A stretch of 62,961 nucleotides of DNA, filler included, from 5 parts of 5 records of this genome joined end to end with filler, not necessarily neighbours in it; one strand, 5' to 3'. Positions 38,696 through 47,696 are shown, numbered from the whole stretch's first letter. Notes: generated by a model from the sequence alone, not told the origin. Numbers and translations are program-made.

Positions 38696-39562
38696 ATGAC
38701 AAACGCACTCGCAACATTCTCAAAAGAAATAGACTCCTCTCTCGTCCCTGCTCTCAGGAACGCACTCATCGGAAGGAAACTGGTACATGTGACCCCGGAG
38801 AAAGGATTCGGTATAACTTCCGTTGACTGGGGTAGGATCACTGATGTCAGTGACGGATACGTATCCTATGGTTTCCGTGATGGGAATGAAGATAAAGTCG
38901 AAGTCTCCCTGACCAACTCAAAGATACCTGTTTACTGGAAGGACTACACAGTTGACAGGCGTATTTATGAGAGCTGGCTTAGAAGCGGCATCGATGTTGA
39001 TAAAGCATCTTCTATCTCTGCAGCGTACAAGGCAGCAAAGGCGGAAAATGCGGCTATTATGATGGGTGTCAGCAATGACGGCACAAATTATGATATGAAT
39101 GGACTTTACCAGGGAGCTGGCAACGATTATGCCGTAAGCAAGGACTTTGGGACCTATGGTAATGCCACAGATGCCCTGGCAGGTGTCTATGAACTCATGG
39201 ACGATGATGGCATTCCTGTTGACAGTCTTTCATTCAACTGGGTACTTGCAACCACACAGCGCAGGCAGCTAATGGCCAGCCGCAGTGCAAACGGTATCAA
39301 GGAAATGCCAGACATTCTGGATATGCTCAATGGCGGTCAGGTATTCGGTACCAACACACTGGTTGCAGGTACAGGACTTGTCAGTCCCACAGAGAACGTC
39401 GGAGAACCTTATGTTGACTTCTACATGACGTCAGATTTCAAGACAGAGCATGGAGTGGATTCAAAGCACCCTGATACCGGTGATCTAAACGGTCGTGTCT
39501 ACAGTGCCGGAATCCTGAGGATCAAACAGAACGTGGCTATCTGCAAGACCAGTGCAATCTGA
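38696..39562 (+). CDS. Major capsid protein, HK97 fold, encapsulin/Linocin M18-like
   Basis: LIGRKLV, PVYWKDYTVDRRIYE, IDVD..S..SAAYKAAKAENAAIMMG, NGLY match the family-1 encapsulin/capsid pattern; GAGGTGA RBS. Confidence 0.88.
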   Translation: MTNALATFSKEIDSSLVPALRNALIGRKLVHVTPEKGFGITSVDWGRITDVSDGYVSYGFRDGNEDKVEVSLTNSKIPVYWKDYTVDRRIYESWLRSGIDVDKASSISAAYKAAKAENAAIMMGVSNDGTNYDMNGLYQGAGNDYAVSKDFGTYGNATDALAGVYELMDDDGIPVDSLSFNWVLATTQRRQLMASRSANGIKEMPDILDMLNGGQVFGTNTLVAGTGLVSPTENVGEPYVDFYMTSDFKTEHGVDSKHPDTGDLNGRVYSAGILRIKQNVAICKTSAI

Positions 39563-39571
39563 GGTGAGAAC

Positions 39572-39748
39572 ATGGTCAAGGTAAAGGTCAACGTGAAAAA
39601 TCTTGCTATCGATATCGATGGTAAGGAGATGAAGTTCAGGCAGGGAGATGTGTTCGAAATCCCTGCAGAGAGAGCTGAAACAATGGGTAATACCCTTATG
39701 ATGCTCGAAGAAGAAACGACCCCGAAGAGAAAAGCAACCGGAAAGTGA
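39572..39748 (+). CDS. 58-aa post-capsid accessory protein; not in the ORF track
   Basis: MVKVKVNVKNLAIDIDGKEMKFRQGDVFEIPAERAETMG...PKRKATGK; GAGGTGAG RBS. Confidence 0.75.
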   Translation: MVKVKVNVKNLAIDIDGKEMKFRQGDVFEIPAERAETMGNTLMMLEEETTPKRKATGK

Positions 39749-39754
39749 ACCTAG

Positions 39755-40082
39755 ATGCTATGCTCGGTGTCAGAAGTAAAAACGATCGTATCTCCGGAAT
39801 CTGTAACGGATGATGATATACTTGCCATCATTACCCACACATCGGCAGAGATATCTCTTGAGACCGGTGCGAGTACGGAGAGTACGGAACCTGCACTGAA
39901 CATAGCCTGCATACATCTCTCAGCTGCAACCGTTCTGGAACGAATGAAGTATACCGGTGAACTTGCAAAACAAGTCAAACTGGGTTCAGAGCAGCAGTCT
40001 AACGATGTTGATGCTGATATACAGATGCATCGCGAGAAGGCCACTTCATACATAAAGAGATACAAACACCGGGCTTTCTCGA
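39755..40082 (+). CDS. Probable head-tail adaptor/connector, truncated
   Basis: MLCSVSEVK...DDDILAII helical adaptor-like N terminus; position after the capsid gene. Confidence 0.65.
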
Positions 40083-40182
40083 NNNNNNNNNNNNNNNNNN
40101 NNNNNNNNNNNNNNNNNNNNNNNNNNTTAATTAATTAANNNNNNNNNNNNNNNNNNNNNNNNNNNNNNNNNNNNNNNNNNNN
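40083..40182. other. Artificial contig spacer
   Basis: N44-TTAATTAATTAA-N44. Confidence 0.99.
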
Positions 40183-40731
40183 AGCCCCCAGATTGTTCAC
40201 CGCACCCAAAAATCGGTCCGTGGCGCCCACACCCACCGGCACAAGGGTGGATCCCAGACGTTCGATGGCCTCCCCATAAGAAGCGGCGATAAAGAAGGTG
40301 CCGATGGGCAGTGGAACCACATGTTCAGGCCGCATTCCACACACCCACATGGCCCGCATGGCCGCTTCAGCCCAAACATCCCTGTCATGACCGGACAAAC
40401 CGATGTAGGTGGGATTCCCCGTGGTCCCACTGGTGGAATAAACCCGTATCACTTTCTCCATCCCGACACAAGCGTGTTTTCCCAGCGGTGGTGCAACGCG
40501 CAGGCTTTCACGGATTTCATGTTTTTCCGTAAAGGGAAGCTTTCCGAGATCATCAAGTCCTTTAACATCTTCCCGTTTCAATCCTGCAGCTTCAAATTTT
40601 TCCCGGTAAAATGGAGAGTTACCCCAGACATACGCCAACTGTTTCAGCAGATTTTCCTCCTGGACTTTTTGGAAATCCCCGGCATTCAGGGTTTCCATCC
40701 CTTCATTCCAATAGCGTTTGCCTTCCGTCAT
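40183..40731 (-). CDS. Phenylacetate-CoA ligase family protein, N-terminal part
   Basis: SPFYREKF, LPFTEK, YSTSGTTGNP AMP-binding loop. Confidence 0.88.
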
Positions 40732-40957
40732 TTCATATCCTCCCGGCACACAAAATTTAAGAACCGACCATACCCGACCAGTCTAGCCCACAATGCACCC
40801 CTTGCACAACGGGGAATTTGATAAAAGGTTCCGAAACCATTGTTGCATGATACGCTCCAATACTGAAAATGCTTTTTTTGTTGATTTTTACTTCCCATCG
40901 AATACCATAAGCGCACATTAAAATCTTTCTTCAACCAATAGGACCGGATTTCTCGCC

Positions 40958-42418
40958 ATGAAGGATTTCACCCTCACCACCACTCTGTTCTTCGCAGCCC
41001 ACTGGCTTATCGTCATCGGGCTTTCCATCCGTGTCATCATGCGAAGACGGCCCGTGGGCGTATCCCTGGCATGGCTCGCCGTCATTTTCAGCGTCCCTTT
41101 TGTGGGCGCCGTTTTCTATTTTTTTATCGGTGAAAGCCGGATCGGCGATCAGTACCTCGCCCGCGCGGCCAAGATTCATGATTTATACCGAAGCTGGCAG
41201 ATAACGCTTCAAAAACGGGCCAACCGGGAAAAACCGCCCGTGGGGCACAGGGAAATGAAGGCCATCCAGATCCACGCCAAAACCGTGGCGGGATTTCCCA
41301 CCATGAGCGGCAATCAAATGCATCTCATGGATCATTTTGAGTCCATTTTCGAAACCATCATTGAAGATGTGGATCGGGCGGAAAGTACCTGCCACCTGGA
41401 GTTTTATATCTGGACCTTGGGCGGAAAAGCCGATGAAGTGGCGGAAGCATTGATCCGGGCCGTCAAACGCGGCGTGATCTGCCGGGTACTTTTGGATGCC
41501 GTCGGCAGCAAAGACTTTCTCAGAAGCGAACTGGCCCAACGCCTTCGGGATTCCGGCATTCATGTTGTGGCTTCCCTTCCCGTGGGTCCCCTCCGCATGC
41601 TCATGACCCGGGCGGATCTACGCAATCATCGAAAAATCGTTGTGATTGATGGAAAAATCGCCTACACCGGAAGCCAGAATCTGGTGGATCCCCGCTATTT
41701 CAAGCAGGACGAGGGGGTGGGCCAATGGATTGACGCCATGGTTCGAATGGAAGGCCCCAGCGTGGAAGCACTTGCCGGCACCTTTATCGAGGACTGGGAA
41801 CTGGATACGGGCGAAGGGCTCAAAGCCCTCGAAGAAACGAGCGATATCCGCTCCATTTCCAACAAAGGCTCAACGCCGGTACAGGTGGTCCCTTCGGGAC
41901 CTGCCATTAGACCGGAAATCATCCATCAACTGCTGCTCACCACCATCTACGGGGCACAAAAAAAACTGCTGCTGACCACACCCTATTTCATACCCGATGA
42001 ATCGCTTATGACAGCCCTTATTTCCGCGGCCCACCGCCAGGTGGACGTCACCATCGTGGTACCCGCCCAGGTGGACTCCAGACTTGTTCATTACGCCAGC
42101 CGGTCTCTGTTTGATGACCTCATGAGCGCCGGCGTCACCATTGCGGCCTTCAACGGGGGGTTGCTCCATACCAAATCCATCACCGTGGACGACGAGATCT
42201 GCGTGTTCGGAACGGTCAACCTTGACATGCGCAGCCTCTGGCTTAACTTTGAAATCTCTCTTTTCATATACGACCTGGAATTTACCGAACAGGTACGGAA
42301 CATGCAGATGAATTACATCAATAATTCCAAAATACTCAATCTGGCTGAGTGGCGGCAGCGTTCGCTGCTTCAGAAATTCACGGAAAATGCGGCTCAACTT
42401 GTGGGGCCTCTCCTATAA
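40958..42418 (+). CDS. cls: Cardiolipin synthase
   Basis: Two N-terminal TM helices; two HKD motifs (RNHRKIVVID, LHTKSITVD); RSLWLNFE. Confidence 0.96.
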   Translation: MKDFTLTTTLFFAAHWLIVIGLSIRVIMRRRPVGVSLAWLAVIFSVPFVGAVFYFFIGESRIGDQYLARAAKIHDLYRSWQITLQKRANREKPPVGHREMKAIQIHAKTVAGFPTMSGNQMHLMDHFESIFETIIEDVDRAESTCHLEFYIWTLGGKADEVAEALIRAVKRGVICRVLLDAVGSKDFLRSELAQRLRDSGIHVVASLPVGPLRMLMTRADLRNHRKIVVIDGKIAYTGSQNLVDPRYFKQDEGVGQWIDAMVRMEGPSVEALAGTFIEDWELDTGEGLKALEETSDIRSISNKGSTPVQVVPSGPAIRPEIIHQLLLTTIYGAQKKLLLTTPYFIPDESLMTALISAAHRQVDVTIVVPAQVDSRLVHYASRSLFDDLMSAGVTIAAFNGGLLHTKSITVDDEICVFGTVNLDMRSLWLNFEISLFIYDLEFTEQVRNMQMNYINNSKILNLAEWRQRSLLQKFTENAAQLVGPLL

Positions 42419-42464
42419 GGGGCTTAAAGCTAAAAAGGGTTTAACTTAAAAAAGGAGGGAAAAA

Positions 42465-43133
42465 TTGGGGAAGAAAAAAAGTATTCTCGAAAAAGGGGCG
42501 CTCATTCAAAGAGACGGTGAAACCTATGCAATCGTGCCGGACATCAAAGGGGGCCTTTGCACACCGGAAGTCTTGCGAAAAATCGCCGATATTTCTGAAA
42601 AATATTCCCTGGCAGCCATCAAACTGACCAGCGCCGCCAGAATCGCACTCGTCGGCATCAAAGAAGAAGACATCGACGCCATTTGGGAAGATCTGGGCAT
42701 GAAAACCGCAAACCCCGTCGGGTTGTGCGTCCGCAGTGTAAAACTCTGCCCCGGCACCACCTTCTGCACACTGGGACAGCAGGACGCAGTCAGCATCGGC
42801 ATCAAACTGGACGAGATGTATTGCGGGATGCAACTGCCGAGCAAGTTTAAAATGGGGGTTTCCGGTTGCCGGAATAGCTGTGCCGAGTCCTATATCAAGG
42901 ATTTAGGGTTGATCGGCGGCAAAAAGGGATGGAAAATTGTGGTGGGCGGAAACGCCGCATCCAAACCCGCACTTGCACAACCTGTGGCGGATGAACTGAC
43001 GGATGACGAAGCCTTTGCCGTCATCGACAAGATCATGAACTGGTATAAAGATTTTCCCAAAAGGTGGCGACTGACCAAGGTCATTGAAGATATGGGGATT
43101 GAACAGTTCAAAAAAGAGGTCGGCATTTCGTAA
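42465..43133 (+). CDS. Stand-alone nitrite/sulfite reductase 4Fe-4S domain protein
   Basis: LIQRDGETYAIVP, CPGTTFC, KFKMGVSGCRNSCAE ligand pattern. Confidence 0.88.
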   Translation: MGKKKSILEKGALIQRDGETYAIVPDIKGGLCTPEVLRKIADISEKYSLAAIKLTSAARIALVGIKEEDIDAIWEDLGMKTANPVGLCVRSVKLCPGTTFCTLGQQDAVSIGIKLDEMYCGMQLPSKFKMGVSGCRNSCAESYIKDLGLIGGKKGWKIVVGGNAASKPALAQPVADELTDDEAFAVIDKIMNWYKDFPKRWRLTKVIEDMGIEQFKKEVGIS

Positions 43134-43141
43134 AAAACAGT

Positions 43142-43172
43142 GCGGGGTACGCCATGGTACCCCGCGGTTTTC
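43142..43172 (+). terminator. Intrinsic terminator
   Basis: GCGGGGTAC-GCCATG-GTACCCCGC followed by GGTTTT. Confidence 0.7.
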
Positions 43173-43197
43173 CTCAACCACTTAAAGGGAAATCCCA

Positions 43198-44793
43198 TTG
43201 GGAAAAAAGTCTCGCCAAACCATACATCATAACCTCATGCATGTTCTGGCTTGCCTGTTTTCGCTCCTGCTTGCAGCCGGGGCAACCCAGGGGTTAAACC
43301 TTGGGCCTCAAACGGCAACAGCTGCCGGCATCACCTATTATGTGGACGTTAACGGAAATGATGCAAACAACGGCTCTCAGGCGGAACCATGGAAAACCAT
43401 CAACCACTCAGTGGACACGGTCGTGGCTGGGGATACGGTACTGATCAATCCGGGAACCTATGGGGTGTCTCAACAGATCAGCATCACCACCTCGGGCACC
43501 GCTTCAAATCCCATCACATTTAAAGGTAACGGCGCAGGCGTGGTGGTCGATTTGAGGCCATATGACGGCAGAAACGGTCTGGAAATCTATTTTGCCGATT
43601 ATATCGTCATTGACAACCTGACGGTTTATGCGTCCACGGTTTCCGGTAGCCGGGGGATCCGGTTAACCCATGCCGAGGGTTGCACCATCAGCAACAATAC
43701 GGTTTCCGGTGCAAACCATGCCAACCTTTTCTGCTCCCTGAGCGACCATGTCACCTTTTCAAACAATGAGGCTTACAACGGCGCCATCGGCATTTACGTT
43801 GCGGACAGCTCTGATTATCCCACCATCAAAGGGAATCGGCTTTATAACAATACGGCCATCGGACTTCACATGAACGGGGATATCAGTTCAGGGGGCGACG
43901 GCACCATCTCTTACGCCATGGTGGACGGCAACCGGATTTACAATAATGATGCCACCGGGATCAACCTGGACGGCGTCACCCGGTCCACCTTTCAAAACAA
44001 CCTGGTTTATGGAAACAAATTGAGAGGTATCGCTTTTTTTAAAGGGGACGGGGCCGTCCCTTCAAACGACAATGAAGCCTTCCAGAATACCATTATCACA
44101 CCGGCCGGTGCCTACTACGGTATCGGTCTCAACTACGGTGCCAACCGGAACGGTTTCTACAACAACATTATTCTGACGGAAGGATCCGTGCCCAGTTTTT
44201 CTTCCACCGGCAGCACCGGTGAGCTGGAAATCACTTCAAATTACAATCTCTTGCCGGATCAGGGCCTGGTGGCCGAAACCGGCAACGGTCAATTTACCCT
44301 CAGTGAATGGCAATCCCTGGGGTATGATGCCCAATCGGCCACGGGAACCATCAGCCAAACCTTCCAAAACCCTGCCGGAGATAATTATCAATTAAAAGCG
44401 GGAAGTCCGGCCATTGATGCGGGCACACCCGCCCATTCCTGCACACCGGACATCGTGGGCAACGCCAGGCCCGCCGGAACAGCACCGGATATGGGTGCCT
44501 ATGAATATGGATCCGAAATCGTTATCTACATTTCACCCGATGGCCTGTGCGAAAACCTCACACCCTGCTATTCTCGAATCCAGGAGGGCCTTGACCGGGA
44601 GGGGGGAACCGCTTATACCCTGCGGGTGGAACAGGGGATCTATGATGAGGACCTGGTCTTAAACGGTGACAAGCGCATCAACCTGTATGGGGGATGGGAT
44701 AAGACCTTTACATCCCGAACCGGAACTTCCAGCGCCAAATCCCTGAAAATCATAAACGGGACCATTTCCGGCTGGAACCTGGCGATTCAATAG
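43198..44793 (+). CDS. Exported right-handed parallel beta-helix protein
   Basis: Signal peptide; YYVDVNGND.NNGS..PWKTI; Asn-rich PbH1 repeats; GSPAIDAG...PDMGAYE; additional C-terminal domain. Confidence 0.88.
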   Translation: MGKKSRQTIHHNLMHVLACLFSLLLAAGATQGLNLGPQTATAAGITYYVDVNGNDANNGSQAEPWKTINHSVDTVVAGDTVLINPGTYGVSQQISITTSGTASNPITFKGNGAGVVVDLRPYDGRNGLEIYFADYIVIDNLTVYASTVSGSRGIRLTHAEGCTISNNTVSGANHANLFCSLSDHVTFSNNEAYNGAIGIYVADSSDYPTIKGNRLYNNTAIGLHMNGDISSGGDGTISYAMVDGNRIYNNDATGINLDGVTRSTFQNNLVYGNKLRGIAFFKGDGAVPSNDNEAFQNTIITPAGAYYGIGLNYGANRNGFYNNIILTEGSVPSFSSTGSTGELEITSNYNLLPDQGLVAETGNGQFTLSEWQSLGYDAQSATGTISQTFQNPAGDNYQLKAGSPAIDAGTPAHSCTPDIVGNARPAGTAPDMGAYEYGSEIVIYISPDGLCENLTPCYSRIQEGLDREGGTAYTLRVEQGIYDEDLVLNGDKRINLYGGWDKTFTSRTGTSSAKSLKIINGTISGWNLAIQ

Positions 44794-44800
44794 GACGGCC

Positions 44801-44950
44801 TCACTTTCCCATTTCTCTCATCTTGCAATCGAAGATCATTCTGGCATTAGCGTCCGTAAAAACAGTTTGCGCCTCTTCAAAAGATATTTTGTGTTTTTCG
44901 TGATTTTCAGCTGCCTTATTTTCATCTCAAAGGAACGATATTGCTTTCAT
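44801..44950 (-). pseudogene. brnT: BrnT-family toxin pseudogene
   Basis: Manual translation MKAISFL*DENKAAENHEKHKISFEEAQTVFTDANARMIFD; the conserved W of FxWDxxK is now TGA and the C-terminal half is missing. Confidence 0.8.
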
Positions 44951-44956
44951 AATGAC

Positions 44957-44976
44957 AATGCAATTATAATTGCATT
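44957..44976. promoter_or_regulatory. Perfect 20-bp palindrome, probable TA operator
   Basis: AATGCAATTATAATTGCATT, 6 nt upstream of the brnT start codon. Confidence 0.65.
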
Positions 44977-44997
44977 ATGGGGCAAGTGTTTTTTTGG

Positions 44998-45123
44998 GCA
45001 GAACGTTAAGCTGAGTGGCGCGCCAATGCGCCTGCCCGACATTAAAAGTACGTTTGACTCAAACGGCGCTATTGAAATAAGGCCGTGCGGGTTCCCGGTC
45101 GGTAGTTGAACGCCTTGCTCTAC
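44998..45123 (+). mobile_element. Degenerate integron attC-like site
   Basis: GCAGAAC-GTTAA-GCTGAGT...GTTGAAC-GCCTT-GCTCTAC; 126 bp; terminal 7-mers complementary at 5 of 7 positions; core GTT changed to GCT. Confidence 0.5.
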
Positions 45124-45338
45124 CTTTCTCTTCCTTCTCTGATAATATCTACTATTTCTTTTGTCGTGACTTCTGCTTTAATAGATGGGACGTCTAGGGG
45201 TGAAGTCGTGATTGCTTCTGGAACCAAAGCGAAAGTTCGGCCGTCTTTCCTACGGATTATCACTTTTCCTGAACTTTCTGCCTGCTTAAGGATAATTGCG
45301 AGCTTTTGTCTGGCTTCTGAGTATGTATAAACCTGCAT
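45120..45338 (-). CDS. Phd/YefM family antitoxin
   Basis: MQVYTYSEARQKLAIILKQAE...VIIRRKDG. Confidence 0.88.
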   Translation of the reverse strand: MQVYTYSEARQKLAIILKQAESSGKVIIRRKDGRTFALVPEAITTSPLDVPSIKAEVTTKEIVDIIREGRER

Positions 45339-45339
45339 T

Positions 45340-45732
45340 TTAGACCTCCATTGTTTCGACGTTGACAATTTGTGCTGATGCTTTGAGCTTTTTGTCCAAC
45401 GTCAGTAGCGGAGCTTTATGTCTGATAGCACAATCCAAAAAATAAGCATCGTATGCATACATTTTGGTTTGTTTGGACAATTTTAACGCCTTAACAAAGT
45501 CTGGTTCAATATACCGTAAAAGAATACTGTTAAATATTGATAATCCCTTTTGAGCCTCCTCAATCGTCAATCTGTTTCGTTTGAACATTGCCGAAAAAGC
45601 GTTACCTATTTCCCAGGGAATAGATCCAGGCCCAATAAGAGTATTTCCTTTTGTAATTTCAATAATTTTTTCTCTTTCAGGTTCACCAACGATCACAGCA
45701 ATTAATGCCGACGTGTCGATAACGATATCCAT
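45340..45732 (-). CDS. vapC: VapC-family PIN-domain toxin
   Basis: IVIDTSALIAV, EIGNA, YAYDAYFL, LLTLDKKL. Confidence 0.92.
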   Translation of the reverse strand: MDIVIDTSALIAVIVGEPEREKIIEITKGNTLIGPGSIPWEIGNAFSAMFKRNRLTIEEAQKGLSIFNSILLRYIEPDFVKALKLSKQTKMYAYDAYFLDCAIRHKAPLLTLDKKLKASAQIVNVETMEV

Positions 45733-45758
45733 ATTTGCCCCCAGCGATTCGGCTATCA

Positions 45759-45793
45759 TGTACAATTGTACAACAGTTGTACGATTTGTCAAG
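45759..45793 (-). promoter_or_regulatory. Sigma70 promoter with overlapping operator palindromes for vapC-phd
   Basis: Minus strand TTGACA-N16-TACAAT; palindromes TGTACAATTGTACA (45759-45772) and GTACAAC-A-GTTGTAC (45768-45782). Confidence 0.8.
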
Positions 45794-45910
45794 CATAAAG
45801 AATCCAAAAAACAATTTAATGTAATGTTCCCCGAATCACTTTTGAAAGACATTGATGAATACAGGGGCAAACATGGTTTGAAAAGGTCGGGTCATCGCGG
45901 ATTAGCGTGA
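45791..45910 (+). pseudogene. Possible remnant of a ribbon-helix-helix domain (HicB C-terminal / CopG-like)
   Basis: KKQFNVMFPESLLKDIDEYRGKHGLKRSG fits the RHH pattern; no proper start. Confidence 0.45.
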
Positions 45911-45918
45911 ATTTATCA

Positions 45919-46018
45919 NNNNNNNNNNNNNNNNNNNNNNNNNNNNNNNNNNNNNNNNNNNNTTAATTAATTAANNNNNNNNNNNNNNNNNNNNNNNNNN
46001 NNNNNNNNNNNNNNNNNN
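45919..46018. other. Artificial contig spacer
   Basis: N44-TTAATTAATTAA-N44. Confidence 0.99.
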
Positions 46019-46050
46019 TTTACAAAAAGGGTTTAAGCCGCCGGAGGCAA
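46019..46050. repeat. REP-like repeat at the contig start
   Basis: AAAAGGGTTTAAG-CCGCCGGAGGCA; shares both motifs with the element at the other end of this contig. Confidence 0.65.
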
Positions 46051-46056
46051 TAAAAT

Positions 46057-46719
46057 ATGTCAAAAGAAAAAATAGAAGTAGGCGTTATCGGTCTTGGTAA
46101 ATTCGGTCTGGAGCTGGCCTTGAACCTGCGCAAGCTGGGCCATAATGTTGTGGGTGTTGATACCAGCGAAGAACGGGTCAAGGCAGCCAAACCTTACCTC
46201 GCACAAGTATTTCAGGCCGACGGTACTGATCCCCAGACACTGGAACAACTCAGCTTTCAGGATTTTAATTATGTGGTGGTCTCCACCGGAGATTCACTGG
46301 AAGCAAGTGTTCTGGTGGTCCTCAACCTGCAGGAAATCGGGGTTAACAAAATCTGGGTCAAAGCCATCAGCGTGGCCCATAAAAAAGTGCTCAGCAGAAT
46401 GGGCGTGGATTATGTTGTTTTCCCGGAACATTTTGCAGCAAAACAGCTGGCTCATAAACTATCCACCCCGGGCATGATCGAATATCTGTCCATGGGTAAT
46501 GATATTCTGATCAAAGAACGCCAAGCCGCAGACTGGGCCGGAAAGACCCTCATAGACCTCGACCTGACCAATAATTATCAGGTACAGGTCATCGCTATCC
46601 GCAAAAATGGATCAGAAGAACTGAACTTCGTGCCCAAGGCCAGTAAACCTCTGGGCGAAAATGATGTGCTGATTATGATCGGAGCGCGGGAAAACCTGCT
46701 CAAACTGCCGGATAATTAA
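46057..46719 (+). CDS. ktrA: TrkA/KtrA potassium uptake RCK protein
   Basis: GLGKFG Rossmann motif; TrkA_N and TrkA_C domains. Confidence 0.9.
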   Translation: MSKEKIEVGVIGLGKFGLELALNLRKLGHNVVGVDTSEERVKAAKPYLAQVFQADGTDPQTLEQLSFQDFNYVVVSTGDSLEASVLVVLNLQEIGVNKIWVKAISVAHKKVLSRMGVDYVVFPEHFAAKQLAHKLSTPGMIEYLSMGNDILIKERQAADWAGKTLIDLDLTNNYQVQVIAIRKNGSEELNFVPKASKPLGENDVLIMIGARENLLKLPDN

Positions 46720-47696
46720 AGATCGTCCACATTATAAAGATTCTTTTCGATTTCCTTCATCTGCATGTCCTCCTCTTCAAGAGCGATCATGCGATCCCGG
46801 ATTTCATGGGTCTTTTCAATGGCATCATCAAGCTCCACACCGGCGGCAACCTGCATTTTGCGTAACAGATTCAGAATATCGCTGCGCAGAGTCTTACCTT
46901 TATCCCCTGCTCCCATTTCACGAAGCATGCTCTCATCTTCTTCGGTTTTCTTGATCAAATGGTGACAGAACTTCTGGGCTTCCTGAACACCACGGTTCTT
47001 TTCAAGACACATGGTCAGATAGCGAAAGCAATTCTCCCAATCTCCTGCTTCGTAATGGGTTCGGGCGATGTTGAAGAAAAGATTTTCATCGGCACTGTCG
47101 AGATCGACTCCCCGATTATAATACTGCAAGGCCTCGCGGTACATGCCGTTCTTACGCATGGAAATACCGAAATCATTAAACATATGCTTGTGCTCAGTCT
47201 GAAAGGCAGACTTGAGTTGCAGGACTTTTGCAAACACTTCCTGCGCACGTTCCACATCTCCTTTTTCAAGATAGGTCAGGCCGAGACCGAAAGTTGCGCG
47301 GACATTTTCTTCATCCACAGCCAAGGCATCGGCGTACTCCATCTCCGCACTGTAGAACTCCCCCTGCTCTCGATGAGCCTCGCCCCTGCTCAATCTTCCA
47401 TCCTGCTGCTCCATAGCCGGACGGACATGCTGCTGGAAATAATCCAGTTCAAGAGTATAATGGGCGGCAAACTCCCCGCTGCTGACGACCTCGGGGTCAC
47501 CGGAAGGAACACTGTTTTCATTCAAAAGCAGCAATTCGAAACTTTCGTCGTCCAGCTTGCTGGCCAACCAGTATTTCTTGCCTTTTATTTTATGCGAATC
47601 TGAACGCAAAGAGACCACCGTAATAAATTCGGTTTCCTCTTCGGTTACCTGATCGTCAGGAGGAGTATAATTAAATAATGAGGATTCACTACTCAT
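46716..47696 (-). CDS. Tetratricopeptide repeat protein
   Basis: ENVRATFGLGLTYL, HKHMFNDFGISMRK, DENLFFNIAR TPR motifs. Confidence 0.88.
   Translation of the reverse strand: MSSESSLFNYTPPDDQVTEEETEFITVVSLRSDSHKIKGKKYWLASKLDDESFELLLLNENSVPSGDPEVVSSGEFAAHYTLELDYFQQHVRPAMEQQDGRLSRGEAHREQGEFYSAEMEYADALAVDEENVRATFGLGLTYLEKGDVERAQEVFAKVLQLKSAFQTEHKHMFNDFGISMRKNGMYREALQYYNRGVDLDSADENLFFNIARTHYEAGDWENCFRYLTMCLEKNRGVQEAQKFCHHLIKKTEEDESMLREMGAGDKGKTLRSDILNLLRKMQVAAGVELDDAIEKTHEIRDRMIALEEEDMQMKEIEKNLYNVDDL

Larger units (their letters stand above)
32482..40082 (+). mobile_element. Archaeal head-tail virus/provirus head morphogenesis module
   Basis: Portal-MuF-protease-decoration-capsid-adaptor order; GAGGTG RBS and TATA-like boxes; cargo resembling Methanosarcinales proteins (host assignment inferred). 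Confidence 0.85.

Noticed and set aside
38696-39562. Encapsulin nanocompartment operon
   Set aside because: No cargo enzyme; neighbours are portal, MuF, protease and adaptor genes, so a viral capsid fits better.
30120-40082. Complete DGR cassette
   Set aside because: No reverse transcriptase, avd or AAC-rich template repeat seen on either strand; only a target-like gene.
44927-44929. Selenocysteine or recoded TGA in brnT
   Set aside because: The position is a conserved Trp, the gene is also truncated, and TGA is a normal stop elsewhere in the window; a nonsense mutation is simpler.
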